Counted from the whole stretch's first letter, positions 36,154 through 49,906 are shown. The stretch: 63,082 nt of DNA, filler included, from Reticulomyxa filosa (GCA_000512085.1; 17 parts of 17 records of this genome joined end to end with filler, not necessarily neighbours in it); one strand, 5' to 3'. The notes: generated from the letters alone by a model not told the origin. Numbers and translations are program-made.

Positions 36154-37082
36154 ATGATGATTTCCAGGTCCTCCAAGAATAATTCGTCAAATACAGCTTT
36201 TAAATATTGCTTTTATCGATTTAACGCGAACCATCATGCAGCCATCTTGAGCAGAAGGTATTTACAAAGCACGAAAAAGTTGGAATTAGTGACACAGGAC
36301 AAAGCACACAAAGGACGACCGAATCCTTTGTTCAAAGTTTGCCCAACTCATGTTATAACCGGTCAATCTATGTATCCTCCATTTCCAAAAGGTAGTGAAC
36401 AAATCATGTTTGCAATGGGATGCTTTTGGTCGTCTGAGAAAATATTTTTTGAATTGAAAGGAGTGATATCAACACAAGTGGGTTATAGTGGTGGCTTTAC
36501 ACCCAATCCTACATATGAAGAAATATGTTCCAATTTAACGGGGCATACAGAAGTGGTTAGAGTTGTGTTCGATCCTAAGATTATTTCATGCGCTGATTTA
36601 CTAAAATTGTTTTGGGAAAATCATAACCCTTGCCAAGGAATGCAACAGGTCAGTAATTGAAGCATATATCCGGTTTGGCTTTCAAGTCAATCCATTCCAA
36701 AAACAACACATATACAAGACATGCAAACCCAAAAAAAAAATGTTGTGCAATAATTCACAAGATTTAATGACGATGTTGAAAATACACTTTTCCATAGGGC
36801 GCGGATGTTGGAACTCAGTATCGCAGCGCCATTTATTGTTACACGGACAGTCAACTGGAAATGGCCAAAGTAAGCAAAGAAGAGTATCAAAAAGTGTTGT
36901 CTAATAAAATCACCACTGAAATTGCACCTGCACAGGAAATATACTATGCTGAAGATATGCATCAACAATTTTTTTACAAAAACGCCCAGTTAAAAGCGTC
37001 TTGTTCAATGAGAGGAACAGGAGTTCAATGTCCTATTCCTTTTCGACCAAAAAAAAATAATGTGATTTCAATTTGCTCCTAG
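36154..37082 (+). CDS. msrA: Peptide methionine sulfoxide reductase A, one intron (36649-36797)
   Basis: FAMGCFW, TQVGYSGGFTPNPTYEEICS..TGHTEVVRVVFDP, QGMQQ|GADVGTQYRSAIY, YYAEDMHQQ, C-terminal Cys residues. Confidence 0.97.
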
Positions 37083-37414
37083 CGTTTGTATACAGGCTAT
37101 CTTAAAAAAGAGAACAAAATTTCCTAAATTTTTTAAAAATATGATATGGGTGCCAAAAGTAAAAAAAGAAACTGCTGGGCTCTAATGTCATCCTACAGCT
37201 TTTTTTTGCCTACTTCATTTTTCAAAGCTTTTTTATTTCTTGACAAAAGCAATTTCTTTTGTGAACGTTTCACCTGCAAATAAAATGTGCACTGTCGAAA
37301 GAAACAATGAAAACAAACACGATTGCCCATTTGCTGGACAAATACAAAGATTACACAGCACCACGATAGATGTAAAAAAGAGATGGAGGAAAACTAAGGA
37401 AAAATTAATTATTT

Positions 37415-39143
37415 TCAATTTTTGCTTTTAGTTTCTACGGTTGCTGTAGTTACAGTTGCATTTTTTTTGGATTTGGAATTATGGCTTTTTTGCTTTGGAG
37501 AGTGTGAAACTGAATTAGTGTCGGTGTTTGTATTTTTTTCATCGCTGTTATTATCATTCTTTTTTGGAGTATTGATCATAGCAAGTACTTTGGGCCCTCC
37601 GCCGTAGACTTCATGCAAGAACATCCACATAGGAGTAGACATGAAAATATAGTCTTCTTTTGTCACATCTTTTTTCAGCATATGATTTTCTCCTGCAATG
37701 TTACTGTTATCCAAAGGTCCTGGTGGTTGTTGACTCTCGCCGCTAATCCATTTCCTCCATTTATTTGCCCATTTTATGCTCAAGGCAATATCATTGGGGA
37801 CTGACTCTGCTTGCAGTTTGGAAATTTCCTCTTTTTCGTACTGTCTACGAAGTACAAGCTCTTCTCTGCGGCATTCATCGCAGTGTTGAGAAGATATTTC
37901 CAAGGCCCATGGTTTGGGTTGTTCACTAGGTTGCTCTTCAGTTGAGCCTTGTGAATTACGGCGAACATAAAATGGCGAGGCATCTGTCAAATATCCAAAT
38001 TGGTTTTGCAAGCGCTCCCACACTTGCTCATTCATCTCTGCTCCCAGATACCGACGTCGGGGATGGTTACTACTCAAAGCCTGGCCATGAAAGCATGATA
38101 GCCATAAATTGTCAAGGGGTCCTACAAAGTTCAATTTTTTTTTAGGAAGAGGAAGGGGAGGAGGAGAAGGGGAACAAAAAAAAAAAATGAGCATGTGTAA
38201 TAGTTTAGACTGTAGTTACACATTGCATATATTTTATTTGAGATTTTGAATAAAAAAAAGTTTGATGATCAAATCCCCCTCCCCAACGTACCAGGCCGAC
38301 TTAAACAGACTATTTTATGAAACCAATAGCGACTCACTTGAACAACATTGTTATTTTCTGTCTTCGCGACGGTAGGACTATCATTATGATTAGTAGAGTC
38401 GACAGCATCGCTGATGGACAACAACTGTTGAATTTGTGAGGCAATCCTGGAGTCCTGCTTGCGACGAGAGTAAAATAAAATGTATGCTTGTTGTTCGCAC
38501 AGTCTTTCTACGGACACTTTTTCAACGAGATGATCGTCGAATTTGTACCATTGATTTCTGGCCGGGTGCTTGCCAAAGGCGATATAGTGCCCCCCACCAG
38601 TGCCTCCAATGTGTTTGACAAACGAGCACAAGTCATATATGGTATCTTTGTTGTAAGACTCGTCAAGATATTGATGATGGATATACTGTTTAAAGTTAAA
38701 ATCGGTGATTGGAAATTCCACTTGCGTCGTGACTTTGGACGAGCCATTCCAAAACGAATTGTGCGAAAACCGTTTCACATGGATCATTAAGATCTCCGGG
38801 AGTCGACTGATCGACAGCCTTTTCTTTGCCTCCACTTTTTCCTTGCAACGATCGCAATGATATTTCTCCGTTTGCACCAAATCTTCTGACGTGCAATACG
38901 TGTGGAGACACAATTCCAAAGGCACCTAATTGTCAAAAAATATACAATGACAGATAATAATAATAATAATGTGCAATACATAAATCATATAAACGTATAC
39001 ACATATATATATATATATATGTATATATTTTAACTGTTTGTTGCACAATACCAACATAATTCAAAAATGAACCAATAAATCCTTGCTTCTTCAATGGCTC
39101 AGCACTCCTCTCATTCACTGCTTTGTCAATCTGTCCTTCCCCC

Positions 39144-39174
<31 letters not shown>

Positions 39175-40175
39175 GCAACATACACATAAATTCTCTAGAC
39201 CAGTGACTGAAAAAGGTGTATCACTCCTTTTTTTTTGTGATCGAAAAATGGAGCAAATTTGTTTGGATGGAGAAGAGAAGAGGGGAAAAAAAAAAACCTG
39301 CTCTGTTTTTGGAATTTCGACGGAAATGTCATATAAAATATCTTTGGTGGATGAAATGTGGCCACACACTCTGCATTCTACTTCACTGATGACTTCCCCA
39401 CAAAACAAGTCATTAATGACACTATACACCTTGGTTCCAATTAGCTTTGGTCTTTCAGTTTTCATTTCGGTCTCAGGCTCCGCTTCAGCTGCATTGCTAT
39501 TTTTTTGCTGTTTTGCCTCTTTTTGTTCGTGTTCCTTTTCCTTGTCTTTGTCCTTTTCTTTTTCTCTTCTCATTTCCGTATCCTTGTCCGTGTCATTATC
39601 CCTGTCTTTTTCTTCGTATGTCTTACTATCGCTTTCCTCTTTTTTGGGGCCGTCGGTGTTGTTCTTATCTTTCTTATTATTGTGTTGGACATTAGCATTG
39701 TCATCACCGGCGACGACATTGGAGTGACTATTGCGTGGACTGTTTCGCGTGGACATGTTCATTTCTAACTCAGTCTTGTTAGCCTTATCTACATGCATCG
39801 TGTTGTCCGTGTGATTGGCATTGCTGATTGTAATCGGCCTTCTTGTCCGTGTCCCTCTTGTGCACTCCATTGAAACCATGCTTGGCATTGTCCGAGTCGT
39901 GTGTCTCCTTGTGTGCATTACGATTCAAACTTTTGGTATCATAAATGGGAATCGCATATTTCAGCTGCTCGTGCAAGTGGTCCAAAAAGCACCGCAGAAA
40001 TTCATGTGCATCTTGCTCCCGCTGTCCACGAAATTGTGGAAACAAACTAACAATGGAACGAAACAAGTCTCGCGGTACAATATATTCACGATGTTCTTGC
40101 CAAATCTTTTTTTACGTATATCATATACATATATATGTATACACATATATAATAGCAAGCATAAGTCCCCCCTTT

Positions 40176-40206
<31 letters not shown>

Positions 40207-40510
40207 TTTCTATCTTTCTTTCTCACAAGTCCCAAAACTCAACTGAGGATACGAGCACCATAAAATCACGCACTAAAGAAACTCGTTGACTCCTTGCAAC
40301 TTCCAGTAGCTTTATCCAAGGCATTTCAAAAAAAAAAAAGCAGAACAAAACACGTGACATCATTGGAGTGGTTTGCAAAAAGGCTGTCATCAATTGCTAC
40401 TTTGCAAATCAAAGTTTAATTTTTTTTTTTTGCAAAAAAAAAAAAAAAAAAGATATTCCAAACTTCCGGTTGTGTGAACATATAGATTAGTGAAGGACAA
40501 TGCAATAAGC
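37415..40510 (-). CDS. Ubiquitin-specific protease, USP20/33-like with two C-terminal DUSP domains, 5' truncated
   Basis: EQDAHEFLRCFLDHLHEQL, CRVCGH, YHCDRCK, LPEILMIHVKRF, His box HIGGTGGGHYIAF...WYKFDD, AYILFYSR. DUSP-like VSRYW...PGPLDN and WANKWRKWI...PPGPLDNS...WMFLHEVYGGGP. Confidence 0.92.
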
Positions 40511-40540
40511 CCTATGCATATTTTTTTTTTAACATTAATT

Positions 40541-40573
<33 letters not shown>

Positions 40574-41099
40574 AAAACAAAACAGAAAAAGTGTNNNNNN
40601 NNNNNNNNNNNNNNNNNNNNNNNNNNNNNNNNNNNNNNTTAATTAATTAANNNNNNNNNNNNNNNNNNNNNNNNNNNNNNNNNNNNNNNNNNNNTACACG
40701 ATTTGTAGATATTTTTGCATTCTACTGTACTTAAAAAAAATGTAGAAATTTTTAACAATATTGTTATAATAACAGTAATTAAAAATATTTTGATTTGAAT
40801 AAGTTATCAAATACGAGATTAAATCATCTTTCTCTTGCAAACATTATTTACGACATTCAATAAGCAAAAAGATTATGTTAATTACAATTGATATTATCAA
40901 TTTTGGTAATGTACCCTTCATTTTCACCAACTTGTGACTGCTTCTCTTTCACGTTTAAATTATTGTGTTGCTTAATTTGAAAAATAACAAGAGATATTCA
41001 AATTAAATATTCATAAGTATTTCTTTTTGATAAAATAAAATCAAAATCATATTTGTAACAGATTTTCTTTACAACGGCATATGTGAAAGTGGACAAAAG

Positions 41100-41818
41100 A
41101 AAAATATTGATAAAAATGAAAGATCAGACATTTGGAGAACTCTTTTATCAAAATTATTATTGTTTGAAATGGAAAGACATTCAAAAAATTAGAAATGAAA
41201 ATGTAAGGTTTGAACTGGTCAATATGGAAAATAACGTTATTGAATCAGACAAGATGTGAAAAAAAATTTAAAAAGATCAAACCTTCATTTAAAATAATTT
41301 GGACTTTATTTCAACCAATAATAATTGGAAAAACGAAAACAATTAAAAATGCATTGGTAATGGTGATTGCAATTAGTGGATATATGGATAGCACAAAAAG
41401 GCGCTTACACAGATTTAATACAAAATTCAAAAATAAAAGACCTTCTATTTTTTAATTTCAAAATTTTTGTATTGTAAAATTGTTGTTACTGACTATTGTG
41501 ATCAAAATATTTTACAAAATATGACATTTATCTTTCATTTCAAAATGTTTCTTATCTATACATTAGTTCAGTTTTTCCTTTTTAAACAAAAGTTCAACCA
41601 TTTTTTTCATCTTGCATCGTCAAAAAACATATCAAGAATAAACTAAAAAAAGCTCAAGAATGAACTTAAACTTATCAATGAAAGTTAAGTCTAAGTTGTC
41701 TTTACGTTTTTTATTTCTTTTATTTAGCGTTATTAGATGTAATTGAAATAGTCAAAAGAAGAAGAGATCCAAAAAATTATTCATCATTGGATTCGAACAT
41801 TCAACATTCAATTAGGGT
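41100..41818 (+). pseudogene. Decayed fragments of expanded gene families
   Basis: KTIKNALVMVIAISGY (caspase-like first strand) with broken frames, and KEEEIQKIIHHWIRTFNIQLG at 41755-41818 (recalled as the N-terminus of an expanded WD40 family). Confidence 0.4.
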
Positions 41819-41974
41819 NNNNNNNNNNNNNNNNNNNNNNNNNNNNNNNNNNNNNNNNNNNNTTAATTAATTAANNNNNNNNNNNNNNNNNNNNNNNNNN
41901 NNNNNNNNNNNNNNNNNNAAATCTTACACCAACCAAAAGGTCCATTCAAAAAATAATCAAAAAAAACAATAAAG

Positions 41975-44865
41975 TTATTTCAATTTAAATTGAGATTTAC
42001 TTAAGAAAACTTGACAATTATTCAAATCCTTCTCTTGGTATCGACTACGAACTTGGCTGCTGCTTTCACAACTTTGATCCTGACATCTGGTTTCCACAAT
42101 CGATCCCCAATAATGAATTGTTTCATTGGCAGTGATATCTGGAAGCAATTCTTGATATTTGTCCACCAATTGCGGCGTAATTCACTGTATCGCAAACATT
42201 CTATCAGGAAATGCTCAACAGTTTTTTATTCTTCACACCAAATACAGTCAGGAGAATCTGATCTTTGGATGTTGCAAATAATCATTTAATCCAACTTTGC
42301 CGGTAATCAACCGACAAATAATCTTGAGTTCACTAAATGTCAATGAATGCAATACAATCTGTTCAAATGATTGAGCTTCCATCAGGTTAGATAGGAAATA
42401 TCGTTGCATTATATGTCTTGGATTATCAATACCTTCACAAATCCAATGACTGTTCCATTGCTCTGTAAAATATGGATTCAATCCATGATTATTTAGGAAT
42501 ACGCTGATCTGTGTTGGCTTAAATCTGGTTGCAATTGCAATGCTTTCTTGCGAGCATTATTTGCAACAAGATCCACTACATTACCAGGGATAGCAGAATG
42601 ACCTTTAATCCAGTAGATCTCTGGGACATTATCCCTATTAAATGATCTTAGGATCTCAATCCATAATTGGCACTTTATAGATACTTAAATCCCATTTATC
42701 GAATATCGCATTGATAACAAACTTGCAATCAGTCAGGATAATCACTCTTCCACAATGGGATCTGTAATGATTAAAACGTATTCCAATGCAAGCCTCATTG
42801 CCTCAATCTCTGATCCAATATTTGTTGTAATGCCTGTAATTGGATATTCTAATTCTAACCATTTTGGCATACTTAAATCCTGAATTACAAGCCCTGCGTC
42901 TCCAATGTCAGGATTTGGATATGTGCTCCCATCACAAAATATCACAATACAATCTTGTCCAACGATACCAAAATCTGATCTGGAGTCTGTTCACTGAAGA
43001 TTGCAAAAGATGATTTGTTTGAATGTAGCATCATTGCAATTTGCATTGATGGAACATTTGGGATTGTATGAAAATCTGCTATCGGCACACCAGCATCAGC
43101 TGCATGGATACATCTACGAGATAATGCTGACAATCTACCAATCCATGAGATATAATTCAGATATGTCTTTGGTCTCGATTCATTCCAAATCTTATATGCC
43201 AACACAAGATTATGATCATTGAATCGATCTGACCATCTGATGCACTTGTGATACAACTTCACTTCTTCTTGTCTTCGTCGTCATTCAAGTTGTGAAATAA
43301 TATTGACTGTGTCATAAGCAGTCTGGTTCATCACACCAAGAATTCGACACATTGCAATCCTTTGTATACGTTCCAATCGTTTCTTATATGCGTCTGCTGC
43401 ACCATTCCAAAATGCTGATGCATACTTAAGACTTAGTCTTGTATAATAAATTATACGTAGATAGTCAAATATCCAAGTTTCCTTGCTGCCTTGCTATATA
43501 CGTAGTTTACAGCAATGTTAATTTCATCTTAGGAAATTTCTTTTTGTTCTGGTGCCTGAATGTGATACATTGCGTCTTATGGCTGCAAGTAACATTCCAC
43601 ATTGAATATGTTGATTTATGACTGTTGGTAAATCATTAATGTACAACAGGAACAATATTGAGGATAAAGCGGATCTTGGGGAACTCCAGTATTGAATTCC
43701 ATACATTCTGATTTGTTCCATTCAATACAACTCCTCCAAGTCGATATGATAAAAAACTATCAATCCACCAATATAATATTCCATATAATTTAAATTCATT
43801 TCTCATTTTATATATCAACCCATTTCTCCAAACACTATCATATGTTGCAGAGATATTCAATAACACTGCATAAGTCACTGGATTGACTTGTGGATCGTCT
43901 CAGTCAATATCAATAACAATTTATCTGTGTTATGTCAAGACTGGAATCCTGCTTGTGTTTGATGCAATAATTTCTTTTCATTTAACCACTACATTAACCT
44001 CTTTGTGATAATTCTTTCCATTAATTTACCAATACTTGGCAGCAATGCAATTGGTCTATGATTCTTGCACTGACTATGATCTCTGTCAGGCTTGGGAATA
44101 GGCACAATGTTTGCCTTTTTCCATGCAATTGGTATATATCCCATTCGAAAACTCCATCCAAATAGAAATACCATTCTTAAGCATTTGATTATGGATGTTA
44201 TCAGGGCCTTGAGCTTTGTATGGAGACAAATGCATCAATGCCTCAATAACTTTTTCTCTTGTGATATCGCTTTGATGGATGTCAAAGGGCCAAATGCAGC
44301 TTTCATCCACTTCCAATGGTTTGGATATCGCCACTTTACATTTAATTTCATTTTCAACCATTTCATAATGTTTTTCATCAACATCGTTTGGAGGCTGCGG
44401 TGGTTCTGCAAATGTCTTTGTCAATAGAAATGCTTTATCCGCATCTGATCTTGCCACTGAATTGGTCTCCTTGTTCACCAATGCTGGAATGACACAAATC
44501 TTATTTGTGTTCAATGTCTTAAGTTGTGTGAAGCCTTCATACAGCGAATCGATACTGTTTACCATATGTTGATGTTTTTCTAATTGCGGTATCCTTCGCA
44601 ATTGCTTGGCAGCTTTTTTATATAGCATCAGATCCCTTGGTGTTCTTTGTTTACGAAATCAGTTCTTTGATCTTTGAACTCTCTTTCGTAATCGACTTAA
44701 ACTATCACTCCACCATGGCTTGTTGCCTTTCCATATTGTCATGATACCAATCGTTGCTTCACCAGCTTCAACAATACATTTGGTCCAAGATTCAACTGCT
44801 TTGTCCAATGTCTCAGTGTTATTCAATACAATAGGATCAATAGATTGCATCCAATTGTCAATATA
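41975..44865 (-). mobile_element. Decayed non-LTR retrotransposon (LINE) ORF2: RT, RNase H and CCHC knuckle
   Basis: KPWWSD, KAQGPDNI, WKKANIVPIPKP...HRPIALLPSIGKLMERI, LNISATYDSVWR, SILFLLYINDLP, FCDGS...SEIEAM, YWIKGHSAIPGN, CIWCEE*KTVEHFLIEC. Many stops and frameshifts; the Y/FADD motif is missing. Confidence 0.93.
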
Positions 44866-45455
44866 AAAAAAAATATATATCCCTTTATCATCATTGGCAA
44901 ACTCAAGCCAAAAGTAGGGATACAAAGCCTAAGTCTTAGGGAAGGGACAAATGTCCAAATACATCTCCCATGGCGAAATGGCGAAAAAGAAAGTTTCTAA
45001 CATTCAAAATGCGGAGGCCGAAGGCACACGAGGAAGCCAAAGGCTTCCTTGCGCCAAATTATCAAACAAATGTTGTTTTTGTGTGTTCCAACTCCTGGGA
45101 CCCCCAAACGTGAATTACAGTTTGCTGGCAACAGCCTTCATTGAATTAATTGCCTTTTAGGGCTTTTACAAACCATGGGATATTTTATTTTTGATCATAG
45201 TGATTTGATTTCTGTCATTTATTTGTTTGAATTTGTGATTTCATTGGACGATTTTATTCAGCATTTTAAAGTTTTTGAAAGTGCAGCCAGTTGGAACAAA
45301 ATCCACGATGTTCTNNNNNNNNNNNNNNNNNNNNNNNNNNNNNNNNNNNNNNNNNNNNTTAATTAATTAANNNNNNNNNNNNNNNNNNNNNNNNNNNNNN
45401 NNNNNNNNNNNNNNTTATTTATTATTATTTTTTTTTTTTCATGTGTTAACAAAAA

Positions 45456-45842
45456 GACAAAAAGTTGGACGAACAAATGGAAAATGAAGAAATTGAAAAA
45501 ATGCGCGACCAAGAAGAGAAAGAAAATTCAAGTGACCCCGAGATCACAACAACAGAAGACAAACAAGAAATAGCCAAAATGCGTGCCATTGAGCATTGCT
45601 TCTCTCAAGGTGAGTACCTTTGGTCTGCAGCTACAATAGAAACTCGTTGGATGAGAATTTGCAAAAAACGGAATTTACCTAGCTGTATCCACATGAATAT
45701 AAATGGCATTGAGCCGTTGCTTCAAAAAATGTGTACAAAGGCGATCTTGCGCCAGCAGTCAATACAAAATACTCGCTTCTACAAATGGAAAAATGGATCT
45801 CCATCCCCTAGGCTGAAGAACATACGCAACCTTATCAAATAA
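45456..45842 (+). CDS. Last exon of a hypothetical protein
   Basis: 125-aa open frame after an intron-like T tract, ending in TAA and a 3'UTR-like region. Confidence 0.45.
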   Translation, partial: DKKLDEQMENEEIEKMRDQEEKENSSDPEITTTEDKQEIAKMRAIEHCFSQGEYLWSAATIETRWMRICKKRNLPSCIHMNINGIEPLLQKMCTKAILRQQSIQNTRFYKWKNGSPSPRLKNIRNLIK

Positions 45843-46237
45843 ATAATATTGTGCACCCTCCCCTCTCTTCCAACTTTTCAAAGAAAAATCTTTTTTATGG
45901 AAGTCAAAGTTGTGAAGGGCTGTTGTTTGTACCGAAAATTACTACCTTTTTTTCTATGAAGACAAAGACAAAGATATTCAAGTTCAAAAAATATCCAATC
46001 TAGTAAATTTTTCATTCTAAACACTGCAACATGATACATAAATTCTGGGGAACACAAAACTGAGTTTTTTTGAATTATTCAAAGAAAAAATAGAAGCTAA
46101 CAATTAGTGCTTTGCAAAAAAACTTAAAAAAAAAAAGTACACAATTGATTAAAGATACACAAAGTGTACATTCTGATATTTTCTTTTTTTTTTTTCTTTG
46201 TTTGTGAAAAAAATAATTATGCAATGAGTTTAATTAT

Positions 46238-48458
46238 TTATTTGTCAGGTTGGAGAACAAACTCGTCAAAGGAGCCATTACAACTTTTAGTAGCGTCCCC
46301 AACAAAACAGCGTTGAGGATGGAGTGCGTAGCGAAACAAGAAACGAAGATATTGCTCGTAGTGTTTGGCATGGTATGGCTGCCTGTGTTTGTCGGACTTG
46401 GAATTGGGACGAACGAGTAGTTGTTTGAGAGTACGTAGTTGAGTGATGCCATGGAAGGCGCCCATCAGGCCACCAACGACGCAACAATTGCTGTCGCTAT
46501 TGCCTTGAATGGTGAGCGTGTGTTCCATGGCTTCGACAAAGGTGCTAGCCTTGCACAAGTGATAGAAAGCGATCTGAAAGCCAATACGAATATGGCTGTT
46601 CATGGAATTTGCTTCTTGATTCAACGAAGCGACAAAGTCATTGACAGTATTGTTTATGACCGTTTGTCTGGCTTCTTTAATCCATTGAATGACCATAGCA
46701 ATCGCATCAGCATTGGTATTATCATTGGCATTATGATCGTTGTGAGGAGAGGCTTTGAATATATTTTGCTGCTCTTCCAAAAACTGTAAAGCGTAACAAA
46801 CAGCAAGTTCGTGTTTTTTTGACTTGCAATAGTTTCGAATCAAATATTGTGCGGTCAGAGCATATGCGGTCAAAGTGAAGTAGACAATGTAGCTGGCATG
46901 TGTCAAAGAGCTCTCCAATAACATCAATTGAAAGGTCTGTCGCGGTGGCAAACGTATTCCATAAACAATCAACGGCACGCAGCGAATGAGACTGCCATTG
47001 GATAAGACTCCATATTTTTGCTTCCCTGATTTGATCTGACTGTTCATTTCGTATGCCTTATGTCGCACATTCTCTACCGTCTTTACGTCCTTCCCACCGA
47101 TCGACCCATCAATAAGTCGTCCGTGGTCCCCCGGCGGATTTAGTAGCCACATTTGATACTCCTCTACAATGTATTTCATCGTCACTTCATTCATCCCTTT
47201 GTTCTGTCTCGCGTTCGAATCGATCATCTTCAACAGACCTCGCGCGATGCACATGGCCATTTCGGTGTCGTCGGTCACCTCGTTCAACTCCATGTCTATG
47301 TCCATGTCATTCAGATCCACTTCCTTATCCGTCGTCGTCGTCGTCGTCGTCGTTGTTGTCGTCGCTGTACTCGCTTCATGCTCGCCCAGCTTTTTTATCT
47401 TCTCCGACACACTCTTCTTGTTCTCACTTTTGAAATAATACAAACCCAGACTGTCGCCTATCGAGGCACCAAAACAGAGGCCGTTGATATACTCCATCAT
47501 GCTCTCCTTGCTTATTGCTGATAGATCTTTCACTGTATCATAGCAAGGATTATCCATCTTATTCACTATTAAATATATATGTATATATATATGTGTATAT
47601 ATACATATACATATACACTTATATATTCATATTTACATTTACTTAACTTTTATCACAATCACTGCCGCTATCATTATCACTTTTGCTTTCCATCTCTTCC
47701 AAAAACTTCAGATCCAATGGTGGAGCGATTGGTGTAGTGTGGCTCTCATTCTTTGTTGTTGATTTACTTTTTTTCAGAGCTTTCTTTTTATTTGCCTCCG
47801 AACTTGTTGGATTTGCCTCCGTTTTATCTTTATCCTTATCTTTGTCTTTTAAATTGGCTTTTTCTGATTTCTTTGCCATTTTTGACGCTTGACTACTGTC
47901 GTCTTGTTTTTTCGATTCCACTGTTTTCTCCTTTTGTTTCGGCGCTGTCTTTGCTGTCTTGTCCTCCTTATTGTCGCTCTTATTTTCATCTTCTGTTTCT
48001 CTCTTCTCATTGTCGCTCCTACTCATTTGTCCTTTTTCTATTTTCCTTTTTTTTTTGTGGTCTTCCGTTGTCTGTGCTTTTGCCATAGGAACGGTTCTTT
48101 CCTCCAGAATTGTAATCATCTTTTTTATCTCTGCCATGTCGTTTTCTAAATTGCTCTTTTTTTTTTTTTTTTGGAGGGGGGAAGAGGAACAAGATGTATC
48201 TAAAAAAGTCACTCTAATTTTATTTTTTTTTACTTCATCAGATGCAACATGAAAACAGATAAAATAGATACAAATTCTTTTTGTAGGCCATATATATGTG
48301 GTTGGCTGATATACAGTTTTTGCAAGCAATTGTGTCAAAGAGTCCACTATTTCTTGTACTCTGTCCTTACTCATGTACGTGTTGTCTTCGGAAGTCAATC
48401 CCTTTTTTGCTCCATTAATCCCATTTTTGCAGGAAGCTGACTCAGATATTGAGCTCAT
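46238..48458 (-). CDS. ADP-ribosylglycohydrolase (ARH/DraG family) with Lys/Glu-rich N-terminal extension, multi-exon
   Basis: GLCFGASIGDSLG, VTDDTEMAMCIARGL, SNGSLIRCVPL, SSLTH, QGNSDSNCCVVGGLMGAFHG. An intron at about 47566-47642 links it to ORF 47643-48458. Confidence 0.88.
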
Positions 48459-48899
48459 TTGTAATCAAATCAGTATAACTTGGTCTTTGCCCCTTTCACT
48501 AAAAACATAACTTTTTTCGTCTCCTTTAGCGACGCAGTACCCCGTTCCAGTAACAGTACAAACCCGTTCCAATGCAGTAAACCTGTTTATTCAATTAATT
48601 AATGCAAGTTCCAAGTTTAATTGGGGCAAGCTCTAGTTGATTATACATGTCTTCAATCACAATGTGCTGGCTGTAGATAATTATATTTAATAACACATAC
48701 TACCGTGCTTTAGCACGACAATATCTTCCATAAGATGTATCTATATCTAAGGTTTTAATTCTTGACTATAAGAAACTTTTATTGTACCAATTCTTATTTC
48801 GTCACTGTTTTGTATTGTTTAAATCAGTGGTCAGAATTTTGTAAAGGTTGGTCAGCCTTTAATTCAATTGTAGATGATAATTTGGTGACCGAGATTTCG

Positions 48900-49781
48900 A
48901 TGTGGAATTGGTTGACTTTGGCATTTTTGTGGATAGCAAATGCGAAATATGAGGCGGATAAAATAACCTCATTACCGTTTTATCATGGAGCAGACCTAAA
49001 CTTTGATTGTTATTCAGGATATCTGCAAACATTGTCGGGCACGTTTTTTTATTTTTTTGCCGAATCATCACGAAATCCAGAGACAGATCCCTTAGTCCTT
49101 TGGTTTGTTGGTCAAAGTGCATTCAGTTTTCGTCTGCAGCTTGTTGTTGTGAGTGATTTGTGTGTGTGTATGTGTGCATATGAATATAAAAAAAGGCTGA
49201 ATGGCGGCCCGGGCTGTTCATCCCTTTTGGGGGCATTTACTGAATTGGGTCCTTTTCACCCTTACGAGAATGGTGAAAAAGTGGAATACAACCCTTACAG
49301 TTGGAATGGTTTGGCAAACATGTTATTTTTGGAATCTCCAGGTTGCGTTGGTTTTTCATATCCAAACACGGAGTTGAGTTATATGCATTTGCGAAAAAAA
49401 AAAAAAAGAAATACTACATACACGCATATACATGTACATATACATATGCATATGCATATGCATATTCAAATATGGACATGACATAAGTCCATGAACATAC
49501 CAAATAACACAGAAACTGCGACTCGTACGTGACCGATGACAACCAAACCGCGTACGACAATTACTATGCATTGCAGTCATTTTTGTCGAAATTTCCAGAG
49601 TATGCAAACCACGACTTTTACATTTCTGGAGAGTCTTATGCAGGACATTACATTCCACAATTGGCTTCACGAATCATTCTTGAAAATCAACAAATTGATC
49701 AAGGAATGTGTCAATTGTTACGTGAAACTATTCCCCCCCTTTTTTTTTTGAGATTGAAAATTTTGTCCTATGGGGGGGGGG
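48900..49781 (+). CDS. Serine carboxypeptidase S10 family, secreted, 3' truncated
   Basis: Signal peptide, YSGYL, DPLVLW|LNGGPGCSS, NPYSWN..ANMLFLESP.CVGFSY, FYISGESYAGHYIP (nucleophile Ser). Confidence 0.96.
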
Positions 49782-49881
49782 NNNNNNNNNNNNNNNNNNN
49801 NNNNNNNNNNNNNNNNNNNNNNNNNTTAATTAATTAANNNNNNNNNNNNNNNNNNNNNNNNNNNNNNNNNNNNNNNNNNNN

Positions 49882-49906
49882 CTCTTTCAGCAGCAGAAAA
49901 CCCACA
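49882..49906 (+). mobile_element. Terminal 25 bp of a third LTR copy at a contig edge
   Basis: CTCTTTCAGCAGCAGAAAACCCACA matches TCTTTTCAGCGGCAGACATCCCACA (7145-7169). Confidence 0.55.
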
